Shown: positions 29,651-43,269 of the stretch, piece by piece
Position numbering within the stretch: the stretch's first letter is position 1
Layout: the number at the start of each line of letters is the position of its first letter
NCBI GenBank assembly: GCA_951406725.2
Contig: OX597816.1
Coordinates: 18,848,001-18,912,000 of the forward strand
DNA from: Octopus vulgaris
Taxonomy: Eukaryota
Length of the DNA stretch: 64,000 nt
Reading direction: 5' to 3'
Notes under the pieces: generated by a model
Told to the model about the DNA's origin: nothing
The model's database searches: none
Seen by the model: only the letters and a program-made list of their open reading frames with translations
Translations under genes and position numbers: made by a program

Positions 29651-30087
29651 TCTTACAAAATAACCACACACACAAATACACATGCACGCAAACACGCACA
29701 TACACAGAAACCCACATGTTCATACAAGCACACAGACATACACAAACACACATACTCAGAAACACATAAGTACATACACACACAAGCACACAGAAACACA
29801 CAACATATATATGTATGCACCCACACACACACATGCAGAAGAACACACGGACTTACACACACCGGTATACACAAACACACGCAACATATATAATATGCAT
29901 ACATGCGAATATATATATATATGCATTCGCACATACATATATATCCATCCATACATACATAGACTCACACAGTCACACATATACGTACAGGTATATATTT
30001 CAATGAAAGGTCTTGATGCAGTGTCACCAGGCAGATAAAAATGACTTCCCTTCCCGTGGCTATAAATAATGATAATAATGATGATGA

Positions 30088-30182
<95 letters not shown>

Positions 30183-30189
30183 TAATTAG

Positions 30190-30610
30190 ACCACCAGGCC
30201 AGATATAGTTGTCAGAGATCACGAAGAAAATATGCTTTCTAATTGATATATCAATACCAGTAGATGACAACGTGTCTCTAAAAGAAATGGAGAAACTTTC
30301 AAAATACAAATACCTGGAAAAAGAGGTAACTAGAATGTGGAATCTGAAAACAGGTAAAAATTCCTATCATAGGAGGTGCATTAGGCATGATAAAAACATA
30401 TTCAGGCAAATACATAACAAAAACACCAGGACTTACAAACACATATAACATACAGAAAATTGCACTACTAGGCACTGCACACATCCTACGCAAAACACTT
30501 TCAATACAGTAACCATCAGAGCATCACAACAAATCACAGCACATACCCAAGGTACACACAGCTGCACTCGGTAGTGAAGTGAAAGCACGCTATAAAAATA
30601 AAACTACTGA
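30190..30610 (+). mobile_element. R4/Dong-clade LINE 3' fragment (restriction-like endonuclease) in (TAA)n
   Basis: RPDIVV..CFLIDISIPVDDNVSLKEMEKLSKY..EVTRMW..IPII.GALG..IQKIALLGTAHILRKTL across frameshifts; (TAA)n on both sides. Confidence 0.85.
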
Positions 30611-30980
30611 ATAATAATAATAATAATAATATTAATAATGCCTTGCAAATTCTATTGTGTATAAGTTACGTGCTGCTTACGCTATAGAGTTTGACTTTTT
30701 GTCAGTAAGACTACAGAGCCGTCAGAGGCGCTGTCCTTTCAATTGTAGAATCAAATACCAACCACCCATCCATAGTACATTATGGATACTTTTTTGCGGA
30801 ACCAATATTATTCATGTCGTTCGGTACTAGTTGGGTACTATCAAACCTCACAGTGGATGGGACACATGTATTGAAAAAGAATGTCATGGAGAGACTAACA
30901 GAGTGGTGGGTGAGAGTAAATTGATGTGGAGAGAGCAATGAAGACAGAAGACAAGGTGAGAGCAATTATTATGGAAGATA

Positions 30981-31495
30981 TCTATATATATAAAACTGTA
31001 GTTGTGTGAGTGTCTGTCCCCTTCGATTTAGATTCCTAACTACTCCCACATTTTGCGGTGCAGTTTAACCAAATTCGGGTATCTTATAGTCGTGATTAAT
31101 ATCGAGCCCGTCTGGCTATTAGCGCGCGTCTACGATGAGTCTACGATTTTAAAATAATTTAACATCATTTTTTATTCCATTTTAATGCATAATTTTTCGT
31201 GTGTCGATGGCGGCGGAGTTGGCGTCCACGCTCAAACACTTGCACCTGTGTTTGCTTCTCCCCTTCTTCCCTCCCTCGTGAAGCTGTGGGGAAGGGAGTG
31301 TAAGGAAATCAACGTCGTAATGCGTTGTCAAGGAGACCAGCGTTCTTTTAGAACAAGGACTTCATGGCTTGAAGACACCAAAACAGAAATGGCTAAGAAA
31401 GCCCGAATTGGCATCTATAATGGAAGTAACTCTCTAAAAATGCTTATATAGTTATTTCCCTTACAAACCCGAGCAACGCCGGGCGATACTGCTAG
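30981..31495 (+). mobile_element. Non-autonomous Helitron
   Basis: A|TCTATATATATAAAA start, hairpin CCCG-agcaacgc-CGGG, CTAG|T end; last ~70 bp near-identical to the 9499-9871 copy. Confidence 0.85.
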
Positions 31496-31687
31496 TATAG
31501 AATAAAAGAAATTGTTTGAATGCGAAGAATCAGCTGGCTACCTATCAACATGTTTGAGACAACAAAGGAAACCTTGTACAAATATAAAGGAGGATATCTA
31601 CCAACCAATGAGATTGCATATAAATCTCTAAGTGAGAGGAAGAACTTAAGGTATTTGGCTGCACGATTTCTGTTGATAATATTTTTC

Positions 31688-31903
31688 TTTACTACCCACA
31701 AGGGGCTAAACACAGAGGGGACAAACAAGGACAGACAAAGCGATTAAGTCATTTACATCGACCCCAGTGCGTAACTGGTACTAAATTGATCGATTCCGAA
31801 AGAATGATAGGCAAAGTCGACCTCGGCGGAATTTGAACTCAGAACATAACGGTAATACGAATTTCATCCGGCGCGCTAACGTTTCTGCCTGGTCGCCGCC
31901 TTA
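31688..31903 (-). mobile_element. SINE family C variant
   Basis: gcaaagtcgacctcggcggaatttgaactcagaac. Confidence 0.85.
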
Positions 31904-32077
31904 TTTCTGTCGATAATAGCCTGAGAGCGGAGGTAGATCGTAGCTTAAACGCAGTTATATCGTCTTTGTTAAGCAGGGAATGAATGAATGGGCTTCCAAT
32001 GAAATGGACTCCAACACTTCTACCACTTGAAAACACGAATTTAAATGAAAAGTAAACGTTACGCCTAAAGAGAAACA

Positions 32078-32114
<37 letters not shown>

Positions 32115-32285
32115 TTTAACTGTATGATTTTAACGAAACAGGTGTAAAGCAATGTATTCACTGAGAGTTGCATAGTTATTCTTTAACAAAACAAGAAGTT
32201 CGAAACGTTTTCAAAATATTTCAACTTCCTGTACTATTTTAAGCATAAAAATATGTTTGTGTGTGCTTTAGACTTGGGTACTCAC

Positions 32286-32436
32286 CTGATAGCATACCGA
32301 TTAATGCAAGTTCAGTGTCTGCGGCCACCTGCTGTCATCAACGGTATGATTATATATCCCAGTGTAATTACTCCGATGATTCCCCGGCTTCCGTAGAGTA
32401 GGAGTCACCAAATATTTTTCACAACGGGCCAGATAA
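32286..32436 (-). CDS. Candidate last coding exon of the same gene
   Basis: ctttcag|...CAG|gtgagt; phase-compatible with 34276-34413; YLARCEKYLVTPTLRKPGNHRSNYTGIYNHTVDDSRWPQTLNLH* (stop 32301-32303). Confidence 0.35.
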
Positions 32437-32786
32437 CTGAAAGAATGATGTTGCGGACCGCATAAACATTTTGTCCAATTCAATATAGTGATTACACAAA
32501 ATATAAATACAACCAACATATTTATTTACCAAAATTTATCAAAGAAGGCGACATTAGCAATAAGATAGTTATATCACACCCAATGCACAAATATCCGAAT
32601 CTCACAAACTAAGCAGCAAAAAAGATTGGTGAGATTTATGAAACTGGTATTTAGCTTTTGAGACCTCATCCATATTTTCTTTGGAATTGCTGCGTCCAAT
32701 CAATAGAATTGTTTTCAAATATCCATCACTCAACCACGTTCGATGGGCTGACTTCGATTGTTCAATATTGAACATGTTTGCTAACA

Positions 32787-32954
32787 GGCGCATGAGTGGC
32801 TATGTGGTAAGTAGCTTGCTTACCAATCACATTGTTCCGGGTTCAGTCCCACTGCGTGGCACGTTCGGCAAGTGTTTTCTACTATAGCCTCGGGCCGACG
32901 AAAGCATTGTGAGCGGATTTCGTAGACGGAATTATGAAAGAAGCCCGTCGTATA

Positions 32955-33016
<62 letters not shown>

Positions 33017-33104
33017 TACGACGGGCTTCTTTCAGATTCCGTCTACCAAAATCCACTCACAAGGCTTTGGTCGACTCGAGGCTATAGTAGAAAACACCTG
33101 CCCA

Positions 33105-33107
<3 letters not shown>
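32787..33107. mobile_element. SINE family A 5' half followed by an inverted partial copy
   Basis: Plus-strand head 32787-32960, (TA)n, then reverse-complement segment 33010-33107. Confidence 0.85.
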
Positions 33108-33159
<52 letters not shown>

Positions 33160-33719
33160 TGTGTATGTGTGTGTGTGGGGGGCATATATAATTAATTTAC
33201 GGATACGTAATTTATTGAAGGAAGCAAAAATAAATAACATGTATTTATCAAAACATGATAGCTGTGTTACGTTCAGAGTCCTAGCAATAGATTTAAAGTA
33301 TTAGGAATGATTACTACTGACTACATCAAAGTTCCTTAATTGGCTGTAAAGTGCGTTACACCTCCTATCGATTCGCCGTTCAAAAGAGGAAGTAATATTT
33401 GTTTTTTTATATATCTAAAAATCACTTTAAATCAGAAAAGTGCAAAGGAAGTTGTAAATACTGGGACAATTCATTAATTTCGAGATATTGCAAACTTAAC
33501 ATTTAAAAATTATTTCCTGCAATTAATTTTCTGCTAATAAAATATTTCTTACAGTCAAATGTGTTTAGTCTTTGAAGATGTCCCAAATGACAGTAATAAA
33601 TCTCACTCTTTCTTTCTTTCTTTCGTTCTTTCTTTCATCCTTTCGTTCTTTCTTTTTACTTTCTCTCTCTTCGTCTCTCTCCTATCTATCTATCTATCTT
33701 TAAATATACATATATACAT

Positions 33720-33784
<65 letters not shown>

Positions 33785-33797
33785 CAGATATACATAC

Positions 33798-33836
<39 letters not shown>

Positions 33837-34275
33837 CCATACACATATATAATATGCTTACATATATGCATATGTGTGTATATATATATATATATGTATG
33901 CACATATGTATTTATTATATTAATCGTTATGCACGACTTACTACTTGCAATGTACATTTTAATATTATATATTTACTTGTTTTTATTTTCACTAAATACA
34001 CACACACACACACACACGCTCAAATATATATGTAATACATGACGGAGCAACGAACAGTACATTATTGAAATAGTAACATCACTTCAATCATCTTATTTTG
34101 ACATCACATTGTAGTTCAAATTCTGCTTCCCCCAAAATACATTGAAATATTATACAGCGGAAACATTCATATATGCATACACATTAACATATATATGGTA
34201 TTCTATATAGACACACACATAGAAACTACCAAACAGGAATCATATAATATAAAATATAGTATTATATATACTGAC

Positions 34276-34413
34276 CAAGTGTTTACATCTGACAACTCTT
34301 TGATCGTGTATATGCTCGATCTGGTTTGAAATGGTGCTAAGTCAACATCTAAAATATCGGACACAACATACCGATGCTTTACGCTAGTTGAATATTTACT
34401 GAGTCTTTGAAAA
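34276..34413 (-). CDS. Candidate coding exon of an unidentified host gene
   Basis: tttcag|...|gtcagt, 138 nt, phase 2-2, FQRLSKYSTSVKHRYVVSDILDVDLAPFQTRSSIYTIKELSDVNT. Confidence 0.35.
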
Positions 34414-36717
34414 CTGAAATTATATTTATCTGTCCGTAGTGCGGTCATCAGAAAAAAGCCTGGAAGTTGTTTAAATGTTGTTTGAAAGCAACTGACTTCA
34501 CATTGGCTACTAATAACATAGAAATAACTTCAATCTGAAAAAAAAAAATGAACATTCTGTGGAAATTCATGTTGTATATATTTGAAAAAGCAAATTAAAA
34601 TTAATAAACTGGCGGTATTATGCTTGAAAAAATATTGTGGATTCTGAATTCTTACTCCTGTCAGCTTAAGAAATTTTCGATTGGAAACAGATATTCATAT
34701 ATGCTTGTATAATACTTGTGTTTACCTGCACGTTTGCTAGTCAGTAATAATTGCTAATATTACAAAACTGGAGGTAATCTACGATTTTGGAACTAAGACA
34801 ATCGTCTAAGGAAAGAATTTTAATCAATGAAAATTAGTTATTCAACAAAGAACTGGTACGTTAAATGCATTATTAATTCTGGGATTCTACTCTGAGATAT
34901 GATAAATAGATTGATACTTTTCTCTGTTACTTAGCTACTAACCTATATTTCAAACATCATAATTCCATGCCTAAATATAGGTTACCCGTAACACAACGAC
35001 AAAATGGTTTGCGCAGCCTCAAGCAAAATCCTGAAAGACATCAAAGCAAATGCTCAGATGTTATGCAAAATAAATTAATTGCAGATGAAAATGATATTAG
35101 TACCATAAGCTAGCGTATTTCTGGAGATACGTATTTCTAGAGAAGCCACCGTTATCATCACTGCTAAGAAACTCATTATTTACAGTGGTATTACAAAAAA
35201 ACACGCGTTCAACTATTTACTTATTTGTATCTTATCTGACGCTATTACAAAGTTATGCCGAGCTTACACTGCGATAATCTGTGCATGTAACACTTTTTGT
35301 GTATTTTTTGATTCATAACTGCGGGTGCAGTTTTGTCCTCAATGGGCAGATCATCCAGATTGCTAAATTTGTAACATTTATGAAAGTATACAATATATAC
35401 ACAAATACATGCAAACTGCACACATGCATGCGCTCACACATACACACACGCATGCGTACACACATACGCGCGCACATCCACACATATACATATAAATATC
35501 TATATGCATACTTATGTTATGATCTATTTCTTATGGTAACTGTAACATTAATTTTGATTCCTTAAAAGCAGATTGCCAACTCTATTGTCGTGGAGGCACA
35601 CAATGCTTCCATTCATGGTGCTAACCATGATATCTCAACCAATTCTGAAATTCCAGTAGTTTGACATTTGATGTGTCAATTATGACTAACATCTGACGTC
35701 AATATTGGAAAACTTTGATATATATTTGAAGTAAAACACCTGTGTCACTTTTAAAATATTTTCTCGTGTTTAACTGAAGGAAATATGTTTTCATCTAAAT
35801 GAACACACCTAAACCGGAAAAAGAAACTACGTCCAAAACAGGGGCACGAGATGTCCAAGATCTTAAAGTTAACCCAAAGCTCTTAATCATGTATGGGTAT
35901 GAAAATTCACTCGTAAATCAAAATTTTAAAATTATTAGTTGAATAAATTGACACTCTGTCTACAAAGGCAATTAAAGTTGAGTGAAATAGATTTAATGAC
36001 ATTTTCTTCAATAGAGTCTCATTGAATTAAGAATTATACGTGTACATTCTAAAATAAGTCATACAACAGATTAGTAAAATATCCCTCACACACCCTACAC
36101 CTCTGAACTATTAAAGTTGTGCCTTCATCTCTAAACGTATGTTACTCCAGCGGCTTTCAATTCTTCCTAATCTTTGCTCTAATACATGAACTTTCCATTG
36201 TATCAATGTCTATCTGATATTTTTAATTGCCACCAATCTAATTAAATATAGGTTTCAAATTCTGGCACAATATTCCTGGCTGAATAATGTGCATTTTGCA
36301 TTCATTGTGAAACTATAACTGTTAGGTAATATGCTATTCAAAATATGAAGAAATGTAACGAGCCCACGAATTTAATAGCCTCAATACATTCTTCTGTGAT
36401 ACCCTTTGACCTGAGGATGACTAACCTAAACATACACACTTAATTGTAAGCTATACATGTATGAATAATTTATTACAAATAGTACTTCCCGAAATATAAA
36501 AAATGAAAAGAAAACTATCTATATCATCTTACCACCATAGCCTAATATACATTATAATTATCAATGAACAGAAATCAGGATACTGCAAAAAGTTTTAACT
36601 CAGCTGAAACTATATAGAGCCAAGATGTGCTTAAATGATTTTCAGTTACACGATAGTTTAGCTAGTTGTAAATTCGAAGGCATTTTAATTCTGTTCCTGT
36701 TCAAGGATATGCATGTA

Positions 36718-36748
<31 letters not shown>

Positions 36749-36779
36749 ATGTATGTATGTATGTATGCATGTATGTATG

Positions 36780-37335
36780 TCATCATTTAGGTTATTTCAA
36801 GATCCTTGCAAATAGAGAAAGGACAGGTTCCTAACCTGGATCTAAGTGTCCTTCATTGGAATTTCAACGTAAACAACACAGTATTTTTGTTTATATGCAT
36901 GTATGTATGTGTCGACTGTTTTTGTTTATTTCATGTATATATAAACATCCACATAGATGCATATCTAGAAGTGGTCATATATACATAAATGAAAATCTTC
37001 TGGAATGTTTTACACATTCCTACAGGTCCAGTGATGGACTGCATCTGTTGACTTCGAATTAGCTTTCTCCTTTCTGGTTTTGAGAATAACCCAGTGCCCA
37101 AATAATTACAGGTATAAACCTACACTTGTAATATGGATAGAGGAACTGCAGATTTCTCTATAGCTCAACATAGGACTACAATTTTTCACTGATCATCTCT
37201 ATGTTAACATCCGCTGGGCAGCTAATTTCCACAGCTGTGCACAGTTTACCTTCTCTATCCCCAATCATAATATCAGGTCTGTTGCGCTTACATTTCAAAG
37301 AGGTCTTCACTGGTACATTTCACCAGTGTTCCTTT
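36780..37335 (-). mobile_element. Second REL-endonuclease LINE family, 3' fragment
   Basis: [57 protein letters not shown] with stops; ends in (CATA)n/(CAGA)n. Confidence 0.8.
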
Positions 37336-37361
37336 TTAACATGTATGTATGCATAAACGTA

Positions 37362-37448
<87 letters not shown>

Positions 37449-37449
37449 G

Positions 37450-37640
37450 TGCGTGCGTATGTGTTTGTGTATATGTTTGTGTGTCTCTTTGTCTCGCAAA
37501 GATCACTTGACAACCGATGCTGGTGCGTATACGTCCCCATAACCTAGCGGTTCAGCAAAACACCCGATGGAATAAGTACCAGGCATACAAAGAATAAGTC
37601 CTGTGGTCGATTTGCGCGACTAAAGTCGGTGCTCTTACGT
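37450..37640 (+). mobile_element. SINE family A 3' half
   Basis: cttgacaaccgatgctggtg ... aaagaataagtcctg. Confidence 0.75.
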
Positions 37641-37751
37641 GCTCGCAGACAAAGGACTCAAATAAGTACAATAATACATATGTATAGACATATGCCCATA
37701 CATATATATATAACTATATATATACACCATACACACAAAACTGAATATAAG

Positions 37752-37793
<42 letters not shown>

Positions 37794-37862
37794 TTATATT
37801 CAGTTTTTTGTGTATGGTGTATATATGTATATATATATATATATGTGTGTATATATGGTATA

Positions 37863-37961
<99 letters not shown>

Positions 37962-38076
37962 CCGTGTGTTTGTGTCTGACTCTGTGTGTGTGCGTGTGAG
38001 AGAAATTATAGAAATGAGAAATATTTTGCTTACATCGATCTATTCGATCCGAAAGTAAAGATGAAACATACGATAA

Positions 38077-38142
<66 letters not shown>

Positions 38143-40822
38143 ACACATATACACATATAAATTTGTGTGAGAGTGGATGCCTTCTGTTAAACGAATTTAT
38201 ATGTTTAAATTTCTATTTAACCATAGAAATATATATATATATACATATCCACACACATACAAATATAAATTTGTGTGAAAGTGGATGCCTTCTGTTTAAA
38301 CGAGTTACACACCACTCTTCTAATGTGTTTTGTTACAATAACATTTTATGAATTTTGTAACTATATTTTATACTCAGAACCGAAATATGCCATTGTTGTT
38401 TTGGTCAAAGTCTTCAACTCATATGAAGAAATACTTAATAAGATATTTATTAAATCTATATAAAATATTTTTATCTTTCTCAATTTAGATAAAATTAATA
38501 AGTGTCAAGCGGCTGCTAATATGAAATACATAAATAGCAAAAATATCTAAATAATATATTTTATTATATAATACGTCTGATGCAAAAATATGGTGAAATA
38601 TTATATGTACTTTGTTAATGTGTGTTTATTTTGGTTTAGAACAGACAAAAATAGCATATAATGATAATAATTAAATAATAGATGGAGCCAATAATCTAGG
38701 GGGTCACTATACACACGAAACAGACTATAAATATGTCTGTCTTAGAACATGGTAACAAATTATTGTTAATAAAACTTAGATTGATATAATTATATATAAG
38801 AATATATAAGCATACATACATATATACACATGCACACATATGCACACATTCACACACACGCGCTTACATACACATACATACACACACACATATTAAGATA
38901 ATGTAGTATATCAGTTGTGTGTAGCCAGCATTATGTAATATTAGTGTTTGGCGAATTAATTACTATTTTCATAAACAATTATTTTCCTCTTAGATTTCCA
39001 GAATAAAAAAAAAATGTGTGGAAAAATAACTTCTATTTCCTCAAAATCTGATTCCATGCAAAGATGTCCAGCCTGGAAGCTAGGCGGTATTGCATTTCTT
39101 CTCTATAATTTCTTTTTTTCCCTCCCGTCTTCCAAACTTTCTCTTCGCTGTTACTTTGTCATTACTTTACCTGTCTAATAAAAAAGTATTTCAGTTTTGT
39201 CTTTATAATTAATGTAAGTAGTTTATCCAAACTGGAAAGAAATTTATTCTTTATTGTTTCTTTTCACTTTCTTGTAATAATGCTCTTCAGATCTGCTACT
39301 GAATTAATATACTCAATACCTAGACATATAATGAACTTTCATCATAAAGTGAGCGGACTTTTTTTAAAGTGGAGACTGTGTTTCTCTTTTGGAAAGTTAA
39401 ATGCTTTTGAAATGCATATCAACTATAGGTTATACTGTTGTAAATTGGACAAGCATAATTATGATTAAAATATGTTTTTAATTGCGTAATATTGTCAGAT
39501 TATTTAGAAAAAAAAATATTGATTCGGTGTGCATTTAATGAGCACTTGCTGTTTCTATGTCAACAATGATGTGAACTGAAGTGATATGCCCTATGAATTA
39601 TAACCTTGAGTGTCTTTCCTTTGATTTATACATCTCTCATTTTAAACCATTAGGCGTATGATATTAGGCATATTATTCGTATTATGTTTGGAATAAACGA
39701 TATAATGAGTGAATCGGTCGAATGTAACACTGAGTTATCGACGTATACATGCTACACATATATTTTCGAATACAACCATAATGTTGGTTTAAAAGAATGA
39801 TGATATGGTTTACCAAAATGTCACAAAAGACGTTGATGGACATTGAAAGATAATACAATGGTGTAACTGGATTCAGTGAAACGTAACATATCACATTTAA
39901 TGATTGATTCCTATCTATCATGTTCATGCCCTTGCATGCACAATTCAGATTTCACACGACTTAATTGTAGTCATTCATTGATATTGAAATTTTGCAGAAG
40001 AAAATTGATTGAGATACGTGCAAGGACCTATAAATGTTTTTAGCCAAATCACGGCAAATGAGAAATAACTAATAAAAACGATTTATAGTTGAAGAGAATA
40101 TTGTATGTTACAACTACAAAACATAGGGATATATTTACGTGCTTACGCAATTAAGACAAGATATTATCTTTTATATAGCACTTAATCAGAGAGAAACCGA
40201 TTTAAAGCGTCATACACAAAAAAAATTCTTTGACAAAAGTGCAAATAGCCATCAGAAGCATAACATTAATAAGAATAATAAAAACTGCTAAATTCTGGTG
40301 AGAAATATGTCACCGGTATTCTGAGTAGAATGTGTAATATTCTTTAAAATTGGAAGGTATCTCAGGATGTCACAGAATCAATATTACGTTACGGCCAAAA
40401 AGTCAAATACATCATATTGTAAAGGCAACTTGCTAATTGGTTTAATTAGCATTCATAGAAATTATGAGCAATATATGTTAATTGAGCTACTGAAACTAAG
40501 AATGAAATTGATATTTAATAATACAAAGGTAGCTATCCCAAAAGAAAGAGATGTAGGATTTTTGTTTATATTTGAAAAAAGAATACGTGCATTCATGAAG
40601 CCTTTTACAAGGGTTTCTGCAATAAGTAATGAGTGAAATTTCTGAATCTAGTGACGAAAAAATCAAAGTAGGTATTTGAGAAACCAGCATTCACCATTTT
40701 ACTGATATTACTAATCTGTTACAGAAATTTGAGGTGAACTTTGAGATCTAAGAGTGCAACCATGGCAGTGTGATAGTAAGATAATGAAATACAAATAAAT
40801 AAAATTTCTGAAAACTTTCGTA

Positions 40823-42080
40823 CGAGGGGCGTTCAATAAGTAATGCCCCTGACCCACTTCCCATAGCAGTAGAGCAACGACACTTGGCACAGTTATAAGT
40901 CTTTTCCTACATAGGAACTACCCATAGTTCTGCATTTCTCCCATCGTTTGATACAGCTCTGGAGACCGTTTTTGTAGAAGACCCCAGCTTGGTCCTCCAA
41001 CCACGACGTGACTTCAGAAATCAAGGCTGTATCATCTGGGAAACGCTTTCCTTTCAAAATCAACTTCATGGCTGGGAAGAGGTAACAATCAGAGGGTGCA
41101 AGGGGAGGGGTTCATAACTGCACGCCTGTGCTTCTGATCTGCCGACACGCGAGTTGTGGACCGGAGCGTTGTCCTGCAGGAGGAGGATGCCTTTGCTGAT
41201 CTTGCCCCGCATCTTGATTTTGATAGCTCCTCTTAATTTCCTCAAAAGTGAAGCATAATAGGCTCCTGTAATTGTGGTACCCTTTGCCAGGAAATATGTC
41301 ATCACTACTCCGTCCTGGTCCCAGAAGACTGTGAGCATAACCTTCTCAGCGGAGGGCTGCACCCTTGCCTTCTTTGGAGGAGGTGAGTCACAGTGCTTTC
41401 ACTGCATTGACTGGGATTTGGTCTATGGATCATAGTGATGGACCCAGGTTTTATCCTGTGTGATCAGTCTCTTGAAAAATTTTGACTCATCTTCTTGGCA
41501 CATCTCCAAATACATCCTCGAGCACTCAACGCGTTCTTGCTTCTGGAAAGGTGTGGGCAACCTGGAAATCCATCTGGCAGACACCTTTTGCATATGCAAA
41601 TGGTCATGAATGATAGTTACCACAGACCCGGTACTAATCTTGACCTTATGGGCTATTTGGCGAATAGTTATGCGTTGACCTTCCAAAATGGCAGCCTCAA
41701 CTTGACGGACAGACGTCTCATCAACGGGAGAAGGGGGCGACCAGATCTGGGTGCTGTTTCCACAGAGTTCCGACTATGTTTGAATTCACAATGCCAGCGT
41801 TTTACAAGCTCATATGATGGGGCATCATCACCATAAGTTACTTTCATTTCATCAAAAGTCTCCCGTGGTGTGCGTCCTTTCAAATACAAAAACCGGATCA
41901 CTGCTCGACACTCAACAGGCTCCATTTCACACTTGACTCAGTTCAAACACCTGTAAATCAGAAAGCACAATTAGTTCAGAGCTGTAATTCGCCACTCACA
42001 CTATAGTGGTATGCACAAGTGCTCATGCAAATCAAACAACAGCAAGTGGGTCAGGGGCATTACTTATTGAACGCCCCTCG
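40823..42080 (-). mobile_element. Full-length mariner DNA transposon, inactive
   Basis: Perfect 37-bp TIRs (CGAGGGGCGTTCAATAAGTAATGCCCCTGACCCACTT) at 40823-40859 and 42044-42080, TA target duplication, 1258 bp. Confidence 0.95.
40960..41925 (-). pseudogene. Mariner transposase pseudogene
   Basis: Split ORFs: CRAVIRFLYLKG..APSY..VKRW..PRSGRP; KVSARWISRL; ITQDKTWVHHYDP*; KVMLTVFWD; LLQDNAPVH. Frameshift and stop present; 3' end approximate. Confidence 0.92.
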
Positions 42081-42682
42081 TACGACGATAAACCTCGCAT
42101 CTGTATTTCTGGACTGAAACATTTGAAACACTAACAGATGCAAAGATAAAAGATAATTAAAACCTTCGTAACTACCACTGGAAAGCTTGAAATATTTACA
42201 TTTGGTTTTGAAAGTAAATAAATTATACGTACATGAAAATAAATTATTATAACTTTTAGTTATATATATATGTATATATATTTCTTTTTCTTCAATCTGT
42301 CGCATTCTTATCTGACTTCTCTCCTATCTTTTCATTTATCAAAGAATATTCCTCCAGCGTTCGCTACCATACCTCGTCTCGCCTAAGGGACCACTTTGTT
42401 TGTTTTCGCTTGGTTTGTTGTATGTGTCCTATGTCCTGGTTTTGTAACCAACTTTGACCCTCCGCAAATCGCAAGCTTTATTTTGGTTCGCGGGGCCAAC
42501 TGTTCTTCCGAAGCCACATATTGTCATGAATTGCTCGAAATGTGGTTGTGATTAACACCCGACACCTAATGAAGGGCCGTACTCTATGTTACTTTTGTTG
42601 TTTTCCATTTGTTTCTCTCGTTGTTCGCATAACTAGGTTTGCCTTCGTATATCATGTTCAGGTTTTGCGACATCCTGTACTC

Positions 42683-42761
<79 letters not shown>

Positions 42762-42792
42762 GTACGTACATATATGTATGCATATATGAATA

Positions 42793-42855
<63 letters not shown>

Positions 42856-42859
<4 letters not shown>

Positions 42860-43210
42860 GACAAAACCACTATTTTAAAACCAAACAAGGAAAGACTTAA
42901 TCAATACATAAAATTTTAATATAAATTAAATAAACCGCCACTACAAATGTTTCATGTCTGCTCCGACAAAATTTGATACTGATTAGAAGATCGAAAATCC
43001 ACCTGAAGATTGTCGGAGCAGACATGAAACATTTGTAGTGGCGGTTTATTTAATTTATATTAAAATTTTATGTATTGATTAAGTCTTTCCTTGTTTGGTT
43101 TTAAAATAGTGGTTTTGTCTCGAATTATATTATATAATATTTTACTATAAAATTGGATTTAACCCTAAATCTGATTTTTCCCTGTAATTTTGGATTCATT
43201 CCCTAATATT

Positions 43211-43215
<5 letters not shown>
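42856..43215 (+). mobile_element. Solo pLTR-like element: inverted partial copy plus direct copy with hammerhead
   Basis: Perfect 114-bp inverted arms 42856-42969 / 43010-43123; (TA)n on both flanks. Confidence 0.8.
42999..43041 (+). ncRNA. Minimal type I hammerhead-like motif
   Basis: CCAC-CTGAAGA-T-TGTC(ggagca)GACA-T-GAAAC-ATTT-GTA-GTGG. Confidence 0.8.

Positions 43216-43269
<54 letters not shown>

Noticed and set aside
42350-42680. GC-richer segment ending at (TA)n, possibly a LINE 3' UTR
   Set aside because: Single copy in the window with no diagnostic motif.
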